A stretch of 64,000 bases of DNA, taken from the NCBI GenBank assembly GCA_031280435.1, contig JAITGS010000015.1, positions 10,946 to 74,945 of the forward strand, read 5' to 3'. Position 1 is the first letter of the stretch. The number at the start of each line of letters is the position of its first letter. This DNA comes from Tannerellaceae bacterium (lineage in GTDB: Bacteria > Bacteroidota > Bacteroidia > Bacteroidales > Tannerellaceae). The notes beneath the pieces are model-generated. The model saw nothing but the letters and a program-made list of their open reading frames with translations. It had not been told where the DNA came from and ran no database searches. Made by a program: the position numbers and the translations under genes. This document shows, piece by piece, positions 1 to 8,359 of this stretch.

Positions 1-1345
1 TGCTTGTATTGTCGAGGTTCAGATAATTGTTCCAGAGCTGCGGATCATTGCCGGGGCGCGAAGTGATTATCTTCCCCTCCTCATCATAAATATCGGCAAG
101 CGGATAAACGCCTCTCGAATCATGGTATATGTTATTACCGGCCGTGCGATCAAAGTGCGAGAACTGCGTCTGTCCGCCAATCGTCACCCGGCTGTTAACC
201 TCCCAGTCGAAGTTGACGCGAACCGAATAGCGAGCATAATCCTGCCCCTTCACAATGCCATCCTGGCTGAAATAAGTAGCCGAGGCCAAGAGCTTGATCT
301 TGTCCGTACCGCCGCGAACGCTCACCTCATGATTCTGGATAGGAGCCAGCCTTAGAGCCTCATCCATCCAGTTTGTGTAAGGAACCCGCTCCGGATGCCA
401 GTTGCCCTGCTCATCATATCCCATCTCAATCTTACTGATGATACTGGGATCCGCAACGAAGTATCCAACCTTCCTGTCCCAGTCCAAAGTCGGAACAAGG
501 GGATAAGGCGTCGTTTTGGTCGTAGCACGATTAGCCTCGCGAACCAGCTCAACCCACTCGGCGCCATCCATGACATCCACCGTCCGGGTAGCCTGCTGAA
601 TGCCATAATAACCATTGTAATCAACCTGCGTCCGGCCCGCCTTACCCTTCTTCGTAGTGATAAGAATAACTCCATTAGCACCGCGCGAGCCGTAGATAGC
701 CGTAGCCGAAGCATCCTTCAAGATCTCAATCGACTCAATATCCGAACCGCTCAGCTCATTCAAGCCGACAACAATAGGAATACCATCCACCACATACAGC
801 GGATCATTAGTAGCCTTCAGCGAGCGATTACCACGGATGCGGATAGCCGTCTCCCCACCGGGAACAGCATTCTTGCGCATCACCGACAGCCCCGCCGCAC
901 GACCCTGCAAAGCCTCCTGAGCGCTAAAAGTAGCCACCTCCTGAAGCCTGTCGCCCTTAACCGAGGCAACCGAGCCCGTCAAATCACGCTTGCGCACTAC
1001 GCCATAGCCGACAACCACCACCTCATCCAAGTTCAGCAAATCCTCCTGAATAACAATCACAGGATTATTCTTGCCGCCAAGGCTAAAATCCAAAGGCTGG
1101 AAGCCAACATAAGTCACCGACAAAACCGCATTGAGGCTGGGAACCGTAATAGTGAACCGCCCATCCGGATCGGTAATCACACCATTGTTCGTACCCTTCT
1201 CAATCACATTCGCGCCTATGATAGGAATCCCCGACGCATCATTAACCACTCCCGACACAGCTTGTTGCGCCATAACATCCGTCATGCCGAACAGCGCCGG
1301 AAGCAAAAACAAACAAAGAAACTTGATTAAATTTCTCATGAGCAT
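1..1345 (-). CDS. SusC/RagA-family TonB-dependent outer membrane protein (5' part; runs off window start)
   Basis: Not in the ORF track because there is no stop in the window. Manual minus-strand translation from ATG 1345 (or 1339): MRNLIKFLCLFLL...IIGANVIEKGTNNGVITDPDG...LDEVVVVGYG...DPLYVVDG...DIESIEILKDASATAIYGSRGANGVILITTKKG, the SusC plug signature. Confidence 0.93.
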   Translation of the reverse strand, partial: MLMRNLIKFLCLFLLPALFGMTDVMAQQAVSGVVNDASGIPIIGANVIEKGTNNGVITDPDGRFTITVPSLNAVLSVTYVGFQPLDFSLGGKNNPVIVIQEDLLNLDEVVVVGYGVVRKRDLTGSVASVKGDRLQEVATFSAQEALQGRAAGLSVMRKNAVPGGETAIRIRGNRSLKATNDPLYVVDGIPIVVGLNELSGSDIESIEILKDASATAIYGSRGANGVILITTKKGKAGRTQVDYNGYYGIQQATRTVDVMDGAEWVELVREANRATTKTTPYPLVPTLDWDRKVGYFVADPSIISKIEMGYDEQGNWHPERVPYTNWMDEALRLAPIQNHEVSVRGGTDKIKLLASATYFSQDGIVKGQDYARYSVRVNFDWEVNSRVTIGGQTQFSHFDRTAGNNIYHDSRGVYPLADIYDEEGKIITSRPGNDPQLWNNYLNLDNTS

Positions 1346-1516
1346 ATTGATTTAATAATGAATAAATATTACAACAACACATTATCAACCGCACTATATT
1401 GAATTTGACATGTCGACCTGCTCCGAATCAAATCCGGAGTACATACAGATAAAAAGACAGAAAAAAAGAAGATGAGAAAAGAAAGAGAACGACCTATTCC
1501 GCGGGGGAAATGTCGA

Positions 1517-1528
1517 GGGGGGGGGGGG
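1517..1528. repeat. G12 homopolymer (C12 on minus strand) in the SusC leader region
   Basis: Twelve consecutive G read directly. Confidence 0.9.
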
Positions 1529-1623
1529 AATTGTAAAGCAATCGCCGTCAAAGCTCCGACAGCAGCATTTCCATAATAGTATAAAGGCAACAATAGATTC
1601 ATATAAGCTTTATTTAACGCAGG

Positions 1624-1631
1624 CAAATATA
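1624..1631 (-). promoter_or_regulatory. Bacteroidetes sigma-A -7 element (TATATTTG) upstream of SusC
   Basis: Matches the TAnnTTTG consensus on the minus strand, about 280 bp before the SusC start. Confidence 0.45.
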
Positions 1632-1757
1632 TAACTTAATTTTAACCCACAAAATTCCGCAGGCCGCATTGCCGGGGCAAACCTTAAGTTTGGCGGGCCT
1701 TCCCGAAGCCATTCCCGCCCGTGCATTTCCCTCTTTTCCGGGCGCCTGCAAATCACT

Positions 1758-1945
1758 CCGCAGACGATCCAACATATTAGTTTGGCTGAATTTTTTTTCC
1801 GCAGAAGATCTAACATATTAGTTTGGCCGAATCATTTCTCCGCAGCCGATCCAACAAGTTCGTTTGGCTGAATTTTTTTTCCGCAGACGATCTAACATAT
1901 TAGTTTGACCGAATCATTTCTCCGCAGACGATCTAACAAGTTAGT
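1758..1945. repeat. Tandem array A, 41-bp period, about 4.6 units
   Basis: ccgcag cores at 1758, 1799, 1840, 1881, 1922; example unit ccgcagacgatccaacatattagtttggctgaatttttttt. Confidence 0.95.
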
Positions 1946-2041
1946 CGGCATATTGTCTTGCTCGAAAAGTAATTTTCGACTGAAAAATGACCGGCCCGGT
2001 ACGCTCCAATCGCTTGCACTGACGGTTTCATTCGATTTCCC

Positions 2042-2049
2042 TACCTTTG
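2042..2049 (+). promoter_or_regulatory. Bacteroidetes -7 element (TACCTTTG)
   Basis: TAnnTTTG match followed by an AT-rich leader and the GH2 ATG at 2076. Confidence 0.6.
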
Positions 2050-2075
2050 CGCCTCACTTTATTATTTATTATATC

Positions 2076-4565
2076 ATGAAAAACTTTATTGCTTTGTTTT
2101 TGTTTTTCTGCGCGACCATTGCGGCATCGGCGCAGATTCGCACGGAAATTTTACTTGAAAAGAACTGGAAGTTCTCGCGCACGGATCAGCCGGAGGCTGT
2201 CGGGCCCGACTTCGACGACGCCGCATGGCAGTCGGTCAGGGTGCCGCACGACTGGGCTGCCTACGGGCCGTTCGACGGAAATGCCGACCTCCAGAACGTG
2301 GCTATCACTCAGGACGGCGAGACGCAGGCCTCGATGAAGTCGGGGCGCACGGGCGGACTGCCTTTCATAGGCGTGGGCTGGTATCGCACGCGCTTCGACG
2401 CCGGCGGATTCGAGCCCGGCAGCCGGAGGGCTTCCATCTGCTTCGACGGGGCTATGAGCAATGCGCGCGTGTGGCTCAACGGTCGGGAGGTGGGCTTCCG
2501 GCCCTACGGATACAATAGCTTCTGGTTTGACATATCGCCCTTCGTGAAGGAGCGGGACAATGTGCTGGCGGTTCGGCTCGAGAACCTGCCGGAGTCGTCG
2601 CGATGGTATCCGGGCGCAGGCCTTTATCGCAACGTGAGGCTGAGGATTACGTCGGATGTGCATGTCCCGGTGTGGGGCACGCGGGTCACTACGAGCCGCG
2701 TTTCGGAGCAATCGGCGGAGGTGGAGCTGCATACCGAAATATCCGCTCCGGCCGGCCTTAAGGGAGCCTTCCGCATTGTGACTAAGATTCTGGACGCCGG
2801 CGGCAATGCCATTGCCTCGGCAAGCTACGGAGCCGGCGCGGTGCCTGAGAGTGCAACGACGAGGTTTAGCATCGCCAACCCGCACTTGTGGAGCCCCGAA
2901 TCGCCTTACCTCTACCGGGCCGTATCGGAGCTCTTTGTGGACGACAGGTCGGTAGACCTCTACGAGACGCGCTTCGGTGTGCGCAGTCTTGAGATTATCC
3001 CCAACAAGGGAATGTTCCTCAACGGCAAGCCGGTCAAATTCCGCGGCGTTTGCAATCACCACGACCTTGGGCCGCTTGGGGCTGCGGTGAACAGGCGGGC
3101 CTTGCAGCGCCAGCTCGAAATCCTGAAGGATATGGGCTGCAATGCTATCCGCACGGCTCACAACATGCCTGCGCCGGAGCTCGTGGAGCTATGCGACGAG
3201 ATGGGATTCATGATGATGGTGGAGGCCTTCGACGAATGGAACACGGCCAAGTGCCGGAACGGATACAACCTCTACTTCGACCAATGGGCCGAAAAAGACT
3301 TGGTGAACATGATAAGGCAATTCCGCAATAATGCATCCGTAGTGATGTGGAGCATAGGCAACGAGGTGCCCGGCCAGCATACCGCCAAGGGAATGCGTAC
3401 CGCCCGCGACCTCCAGGCTATCTGTCACCGCGAAGATCCTACGCGCCCGGTAACTATGGGCATAGACAATGTGCAGGGAGCTATGAACAGCCACATGGCC
3501 GCAATACTCGACGTGGCCGGATTCACCTACCGGCTGCCTTTTTATCGCAAGGCCTATGCCGAGCTGCCTCAGGAGATTGTCCTCGGAAGCGAAACGGCAT
3601 CGACCATCAGCTCCCGCGGAGTGTATCACTTCCCGGTAGTACGCGGATCGAACAAGATGCACGAGGACAACCAGTGTTCGGGCTACGACGTGGAGCACTG
3701 CTCGTGGTCTAACCTCCCCGACGACGACTTTGCCCACCAGGACGACTATCCGTGGTGCATAGGAGAGTTCGTATGGACGGGATTCGATTATCTGGGCGAG
3801 CCCACCCCTTACGGGAGCAAATGGCCCAACCACAGCTCCATGTTCGGCATCATCGACCTGGCCGGTATTCCCAAAGATCGATACTACCTGTACCGCAGCC
3901 ACTGGAATCCCTCGGAAGAGACCCTGCACATACTGCCTCACTGGACATGGCCCGGACGCGAGGGACAAACCACGCCGGTCTTCGTATACACCAATCATCC
4001 CTCCGCCGAGCTCTTCATCAACGGCAAAAGCCAGGGGAAGCTCACCAAGGACAAGGGCATGACCGTGGAGCGCACCGATACCAAGGAAGCTTCCGACCAG
4101 CTCCTGCGGCTGCGTCGCTATCGCCTGATGTGGATGGATGCCAAGTACGAGCCGGGGACAATCAAGGTCGTGGCATACAACGAGCGCGGAGAGGCCGTTG
4201 CCGAGCGCGAGGTGCATACCGCCGGCCGGCCGCATCACATTGAGCTCTCGGCCGACCGTACAAGCCTCGCAGCCGACGGTCGCGACCTGGCCTTCATCAC
4301 CGCAAGAGTTGTGGACAGCAGGGGCAACCTCTGTCCGGATGCCTCGCACTCCCTGCGATTCAAGACCAGCGGCGCCGGGACATTCGAGGCCGCAGCCAAC
4401 GGCGATCCTACCAACCTGGAGCAGTTCCACCTCCCGCGCATGAGCCTCTTCAAAGGGCAGCTCGTGGCCATAGTACGCGCCGGCGAGCGGAGCGGCACAC
4501 TGCGCTTCGAGGCCGAAGCGGCCGGGCTCGGCAAGGGAACGGTAGAGCTCAAGGTTCAGGATTAG
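2076..4565 (+). CDS. Glycoside hydrolase family 2 (beta-galactosidase-like), signal peptide
   Basis: MKNFIALFL signal peptide. GH2 motifs VPHDW, SRWYPGAGLYRNV, GVCNHHDLGPLG, NAIRTAH, WSIGNE, GSET, WTGFDYLGEP. The longer ORF from 1905 starts inside repeat array A. Confidence 0.93.
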   Translation: MKNFIALFLFFCATIAASAQIRTEILLEKNWKFSRTDQPEAVGPDFDDAAWQSVRVPHDWAAYGPFDGNADLQNVAITQDGETQASMKSGRTGGLPFIGVGWYRTRFDAGGFEPGSRRASICFDGAMSNARVWLNGREVGFRPYGYNSFWFDISPFVKERDNVLAVRLENLPESSRWYPGAGLYRNVRLRITSDVHVPVWGTRVTTSRVSEQSAEVELHTEISAPAGLKGAFRIVTKILDAGGNAIASASYGAGAVPESATTRFSIANPHLWSPESPYLYRAVSELFVDDRSVDLYETRFGVRSLEIIPNKGMFLNGKPVKFRGVCNHHDLGPLGAAVNRRALQRQLEILKDMGCNAIRTAHNMPAPELVELCDEMGFMMMVEAFDEWNTAKCRNGYNLYFDQWAEKDLVNMIRQFRNNASVVMWSIGNEVPGQHTAKGMRTARDLQAICHREDPTRPVTMGIDNVQGAMNSHMAAILDVAGFTYRLPFYRKAYAELPQEIVLGSETASTISSRGVYHFPVVRGSNKMHEDNQCSGYDVEHCSWSNLPDDDFAHQDDYPWCIGEFVWTGFDYLGEPTPYGSKWPNHSSMFGIIDLAGIPKDRYYLYRSHWNPSEETLHILPHWTWPGREGQTTPVFVYTNHPSAELFINGKSQGKLTKDKGMTVERTDTKEASDQLLRLRRYRLMWMDAKYEPGTIKVVAYNERGEAVAEREVHTAGRPHHIELSADRTSLAADGRDLAFITARVVDSRGNLCPDASHSLRFKTSGAGTFEAAANGDPTNLEQFHLPRMSLFKGQLVAIVRAGERSGTLRFEAEAAGLGKGTVELKVQD

Positions 4566-4592
4566 CCGGCGGCCCAAACCGGTTGAAGCTAT

Positions 4593-5639
4593 ATGGATAA
4601 GCTGAAACTCGCATGCCTGTCGGGAGCCCTGTGCGCCCTGCTCTGGCTCCCGGCGGCCCAGTCGTGCTCGTTCAACGTCACCGAAGAAGAGCTGAAGGAC
4701 CCATCGGTCTACCTTATTGATTTAGCGAAATTCGGAATCCCCGACGGCAGCGATTACAAGGACAAAGCTGTTGCTATGGCTACAACACGCGGTATCAATA
4801 AGGCGCTGAATTATGCCGCGGAGAATGGATACTCCACCGTAAGCTTTCCCAAAAGGCAATACGCCATCATATCCGAATGGAAAGGATGGGGATGGGTTGT
4901 TATACCTGAGCACGACCTCAAGGGCATTGTCGTTCCTTCGGGGCTGACGCTTGAGCTTGGAGAGGCCGTGTTCCGGCTTTTCCCGAACAATCAGGTCACA
5001 TACTCCCTGTTCTTTATTTTTGAGGCTGAGAACGTCACTATCAATGGAGGGCATTTGATAGGCGACCGATACGAGCACGATTACAGCCCTTCGGAAACAC
5101 TTGGGTCGGGTACTCATGAGTGGGGTTTCGGCTTCAATATCTCCCATTCGAAGCAGATCAGTATTAACGGCTCCAAAGTGGAACAGATGTCGGGCGACGC
5201 GGTTATCATCAACAGCTATCTTCCCGAAGGCGCGAAACCTAATGATAATGTCAGTATAAAGAATTGTGAGTTGTACGACTGCCGTCGGCAGGGCATCTCG
5301 CTTGTTGCAGGGAATAATTCGGAGCTCAGCTATAACCATATTTATAATATAAAGAACGGCACTCCGCCCATGTGCGGCATTGATGTTGAAGTGGAAGCGG
5401 CCCATGGTTGCGTCGGCAACTACACCCGCATACATCATAACCTGATAGAAGACGTGGAGGGCGGAGCTATCGTTTGCCATACGGGAGATTATATAGATGT
5501 GTCCGAAAATACGGTGTACAACCTGATTGCGACGGTCTTCAGCCGGCATGTGAAAATCTACCGGAACACGCTTTATAACAGCAGCGTTATAATAGCAGAT
5601 GCGGATTATGCCATCGAATATGATAACATCATAAAATGA
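4593..5639 (+). CDS. Right-handed beta-helix (pectin lyase-like) lipoprotein
   Basis: Lipobox-like AAQSC; ENVTINGG..GDR, SGDAV, RRQGIS and GIDVE motifs with Asn/Ile-rich beta-helix repeats. Confidence 0.7.
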   Translation: MDKLKLACLSGALCALLWLPAAQSCSFNVTEEELKDPSVYLIDLAKFGIPDGSDYKDKAVAMATTRGINKALNYAAENGYSTVSFPKRQYAIISEWKGWGWVVIPEHDLKGIVVPSGLTLELGEAVFRLFPNNQVTYSLFFIFEAENVTINGGHLIGDRYEHDYSPSETLGSGTHEWGFGFNISHSKQISINGSKVEQMSGDAVIINSYLPEGAKPNDNVSIKNCELYDCRRQGISLVAGNNSELSYNHIYNIKNGTPPMCGIDVEVEAAHGCVGNYTRIHHNLIEDVEGGAIVCHTGDYIDVSENTVYNLIATVFSRHVKIYRNTLYNSSVIIADADYAIEYDNIIK

Positions 5640-5716
5640 TATGACTAAGGGAGGATATAGCTCGATTGGGCGAGATGCCGTTGTGCAAAAAGTAATTCAG
5701 CCGGCCCAAAGTAAAT

Positions 5717-5902
5717 GTGTCAAAAGCCCTTCACGCTCGAACAATGGGTCATTCCCGCGAAGGCGGGAATCTCCGATCGAGAGCTGGGACGAGTGTATAA
5801 TCCCGTGGTGTCTAAGGAATATGCAATCGTCCCGTTTTTCGATCGGAGATTCCCGCCTTCGCGGGAATGACCTATTGTTCGAGCGTGAGGCCCTTTTGAC
5901 AC
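5717..5902. mobile_element. Long inverted-repeat element (MITE/REP-like) carrying ATTCCC-N8-GGGAAT motifs
   Basis: Arms about 5717-5793 and 5827-5902 are near-perfect reverse complements; each contains gtcattcccgcgaaggcgggaat or its complement. Confidence 0.75.
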
Positions 5903-5904
5903 CA

Positions 5905-6370
5905 CTTTTCCTTGCGGAGAATCTGCCGGCGAAAAAGAGGAACCGCTTTTCCTTGCGGGGAATCGGTTGGCGAAAAAGAGGTTCCTCTTTTCCTTGCGGA
6001 AAAAAATTTGGAGCAAAACGAGGACCCATTTGGCCTGCGGAAAAAAATTTGGAGCAAAACGAGGACCCATTTGGCTTGCGGAAAAAAATTTGGAGCAAAA
6101 CGAGGACCCATTTGGCTTGCGGAAAAAAATTTGGAGCTAAATGAGGACCCATTTGGCTTGCGGAAAAAAATTTGGAGCAAAACGAGGACCCATTTGGCTT
6201 GCGGAAAAAAATTTGGAGCAAAACGAGGACCCATTTGGCTTGCGGAAAAAAAATTGGAGCAAAACGAGGACCCATTTGGCTTGCGGAAAAAAAATTGGAG
6301 CAAAACGAGGACCCATTTGGCTTGCGGAAAATTTTGGAGCGAACGAGGCTTTGCTTTTTCTTTGCGGAAA
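5905..6370. repeat. Tandem array B, 41-bp period, 12 cores
   Basis: gcgg cores at 5914, 5955, 5996 ... 6324 (41-bp steps) and 6364; central unit gcggaaaaaaatttggagcaaaacgaggacccatttggctt; diverged units at both ends. Confidence 0.96.
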
Positions 6371-6445
6371 CTGCCGCCGGGCAGCCCCGCAGTCCGGAGC
6401 ATCTCGCCGTCAAAATATGATTATTAATTAAATACCACATTAAGC

Positions 6446-7750
6446 ATGAATAAATATTGGGAAGAAGATATTGAAACACTGAAGCGTGAGGAGCTGGAGC
6501 AGCTCCAGCTTGAGGGCCTTAGAGCCACCCTGGCCCGTGCGGCGGGCTCGCCTTTCTACAAGGAGATGTTCGAGCGGCACGGCATCAGCCCCGAAGGAAT
6601 ACGTTCGCTCAAAGACTTGCAGGCCGTGCCCTTCACCACCAAAGAAGACCTGCGCAACAATTATCCCTACGGCATGTCGGCCGTTCCGCTGCGGGAGTGC
6701 GTCCGGCTGCACTCCTCGAGCGGTACTACGGGCAATCCCACGGTGGTGCTGCACTCGCAGCGCGACATTGACGACTGGGCCAACCAGGTGGCCCGCTGCA
6801 TGTACATGGTAGGCATACGTAGCGACGATGTCTTCCAGAACACATCGGGCTACGGCATGTTTACCGGCGGGCTCGGATTTCAGTACGGGGCCGAGCGCCT
6901 CGGAGCCCTCACGGTGCCGGCCGCTGCCGGCAACACCAAAAGGCAGATAAAGTTCATCCGCGACTTCGGCACCACCTGCCTGCACATCATTCCGAGCTAC
7001 GCCACGCGCCTGGCCGAGGTGATGTACGAAGAAGGGGTCGATCCCGGAAGCGACACTCGCCTGCGGGTGATATGTATAGGGGCCGAGCCTCATTCGGAGG
7101 AACAGCGGCGGCGCATAGAGCAGCTGCTGGGCGTGAAGGCCTACAACTGCTTCGGCATGTCGGAGATGAACGGCCCCGGCGTAGCATTTGAATGTACCGA
7201 GCAGAACGGGCTGCACATCTGGGAAGACTATGTTATAGCGGAGATTATAGACCCCGATACCCTCCTGCCCGTGCCCGACGGCGAGCAGGGCGAGCTGGTG
7301 CTCACCACCCTGCGCCGCGAGGCCATGCCCCTGCTCCGCTATCGCACCCGCGACCTCACCTGCATCATCCCCGGCGACTGCCCCTGCGGACGAACCCACC
7401 GGCGCATAGCCCGCTTCCGCGGACGCAGCGACGACATGATAATCCTCAAAGGCGTGAACCTGTTCCCCATTCAGATTGAAACCATCTTGATGCAGTTCCG
7501 CGAGCTGGGCAGCAACTATCTGATTACGCTCGAAACCGTAGGCAACAGCGACGAGATGCTGATAGAGGTGGAGCTGAGCGACCTCTTCACCGACGATTAT
7601 TCCGAGCTGCAAGCCCTGGCCCGCGAGATAACCCACCGCCTGCGCGACGAGCTCCTGCTGACGCCCCGGCTCCGACTCGTTGCCCGCGGCTCGCTGCCTG
7701 TGCAGGAAGGAAAGGCCGTCAGAGTAAAAGATCTACGCAAACTCATTTAA
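6446..7750 (+). CDS. paaK: Phenylacetate--CoA ligase
   Basis: PFTTKEDLR, HSSSGTTGNP, YGMFTGGLG, FGMSE, LRYRTRD, GRSDDMIILKGVN motifs. Confidence 0.9.
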   Translation: MNKYWEEDIETLKREELEQLQLEGLRATLARAAGSPFYKEMFERHGISPEGIRSLKDLQAVPFTTKEDLRNNYPYGMSAVPLRECVRLHSSSGTTGNPTVVLHSQRDIDDWANQVARCMYMVGIRSDDVFQNTSGYGMFTGGLGFQYGAERLGALTVPAAAGNTKRQIKFIRDFGTTCLHIIPSYATRLAEVMYEEGVDPGSDTRLRVICIGAEPHSEEQRRRIEQLLGVKAYNCFGMSEMNGPGVAFECTEQNGLHIWEDYVIAEIIDPDTLLPVPDGEQGELVLTTLRREAMPLLRYRTRDLTCIIPGDCPCGRTHRRIARFRGRSDDMIILKGVNLFPIQIETILMQFRELGSNYLITLETVGNSDEMLIEVELSDLFTDDYSELQALAREITHRLRDELLLTPRLRLVARGSLPVQEGKAVRVKDLRKLI

Positions 7751-7768
7751 TACACATATTATTATATT

Positions 7769-8194
7769 ATGACAGTCCACCAGATTTCCGTGTTCCTCGA
7801 GAACAAGTACGGCAAGCTGAGCGAAATACTATCGCTGCTCGCCGAAGGCAACATACGGATCATCGCCGCCACTGTTGCCGACACATCGGAATTCGGCATC
7901 ATGCGGCTCATAGTTAGCGATCCGCAAAAGGCCTGCACCATCCTGAAAGCTCACAACGTGAGCGCGAACCTCACCGACGTGCTGGCCATAGTGACCGGCT
8001 CGTCGGCCGACAGCTTTGCCGCAACCATATCCTGCTTCACGCAGGCAGGCATCAGCATAGAGTACATGTACTGCTTCGCCGTCAACGGCAAGGCTATACT
8101 TATACTCCGTACAAACAATCGCGACGCCGCCCTCGAAGTGATACGCCGGCAGAACCTTGAATACATCAGCGAAAGCGACCTTATTAAACTTTAA
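7769..8194 (+). CDS. Tandem ACT-domain protein
   Basis: QISVFLENK.G.L, ADTSEFGIMRLIV, ISIEYMY motifs; a typical neighbour of paaK. Confidence 0.85.
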   Translation: MTVHQISVFLENKYGKLSEILSLLAEGNIRIIAATVADTSEFGIMRLIVSDPQKACTILKAHNVSANLTDVLAIVTGSSADSFAATISCFTQAGISIEYMYCFAVNGKAILILRTNNRDAALEVIRRQNLEYISESDLIKL

Positions 8195-8200
8195 AGCAAT

Positions 8201-8359
8201 ATGTTTGGAATTGACGATCCCGGAATATGGACAGCCTACCTGCTGTCCGCCGCCTGCCTGATATTCGCCGCCTGGTACGGCATCACCCGCAGGAACGAAG
8301 AAGATGAAGAGAACGACGGCAACGACAGTAATAATCCCGATAAAACATCAGAATCATGA
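8201..8359 (+). CDS. Small single-TM symporter accessory protein (52 aa)
   Basis: Manual translation MFGIDDPGIWTAYLLSAACLIFAAWYGITRRNEEDEE...; the stop overlaps the symporter start (ATGA). Below the ORF-track size cutoff. Confidence 0.8.
   Translation: MFGIDDPGIWTAYLLSAACLIFAAWYGITRRNEEDEENDGNDSNNPDKTSES

Noticed and set aside
395-1330. 311-aa plus-strand ORF
   Set aside because: Antisense shadow of the minus-strand SusC. The same applies to long antisense ORFs over GH2, paaK, the acetate-CoA ligase, ftsZ and ftsW.
1905-2075. Extended N-terminus of GH2
   Set aside because: It begins at a TTG inside array A, upstream of the TACCTTTG promoter box; the signal peptide starts at ATG 2076.
5905-6370. 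Tandem arrays as CRISPR arrays
   Set aside because: Whole units repeat with no unique spacers, the period is too short for repeat plus spacer, and there are no cas genes in the window. This applies to all eight arrays.
5641-6479. Overlapping ORFs across array B (likewise across arrays C, E, F and G)
   Set aside because: They are open on both strands and in several frames because the repeat units lack stops. A 41-bp period cycles through frames, which is unlike a coding repeat.
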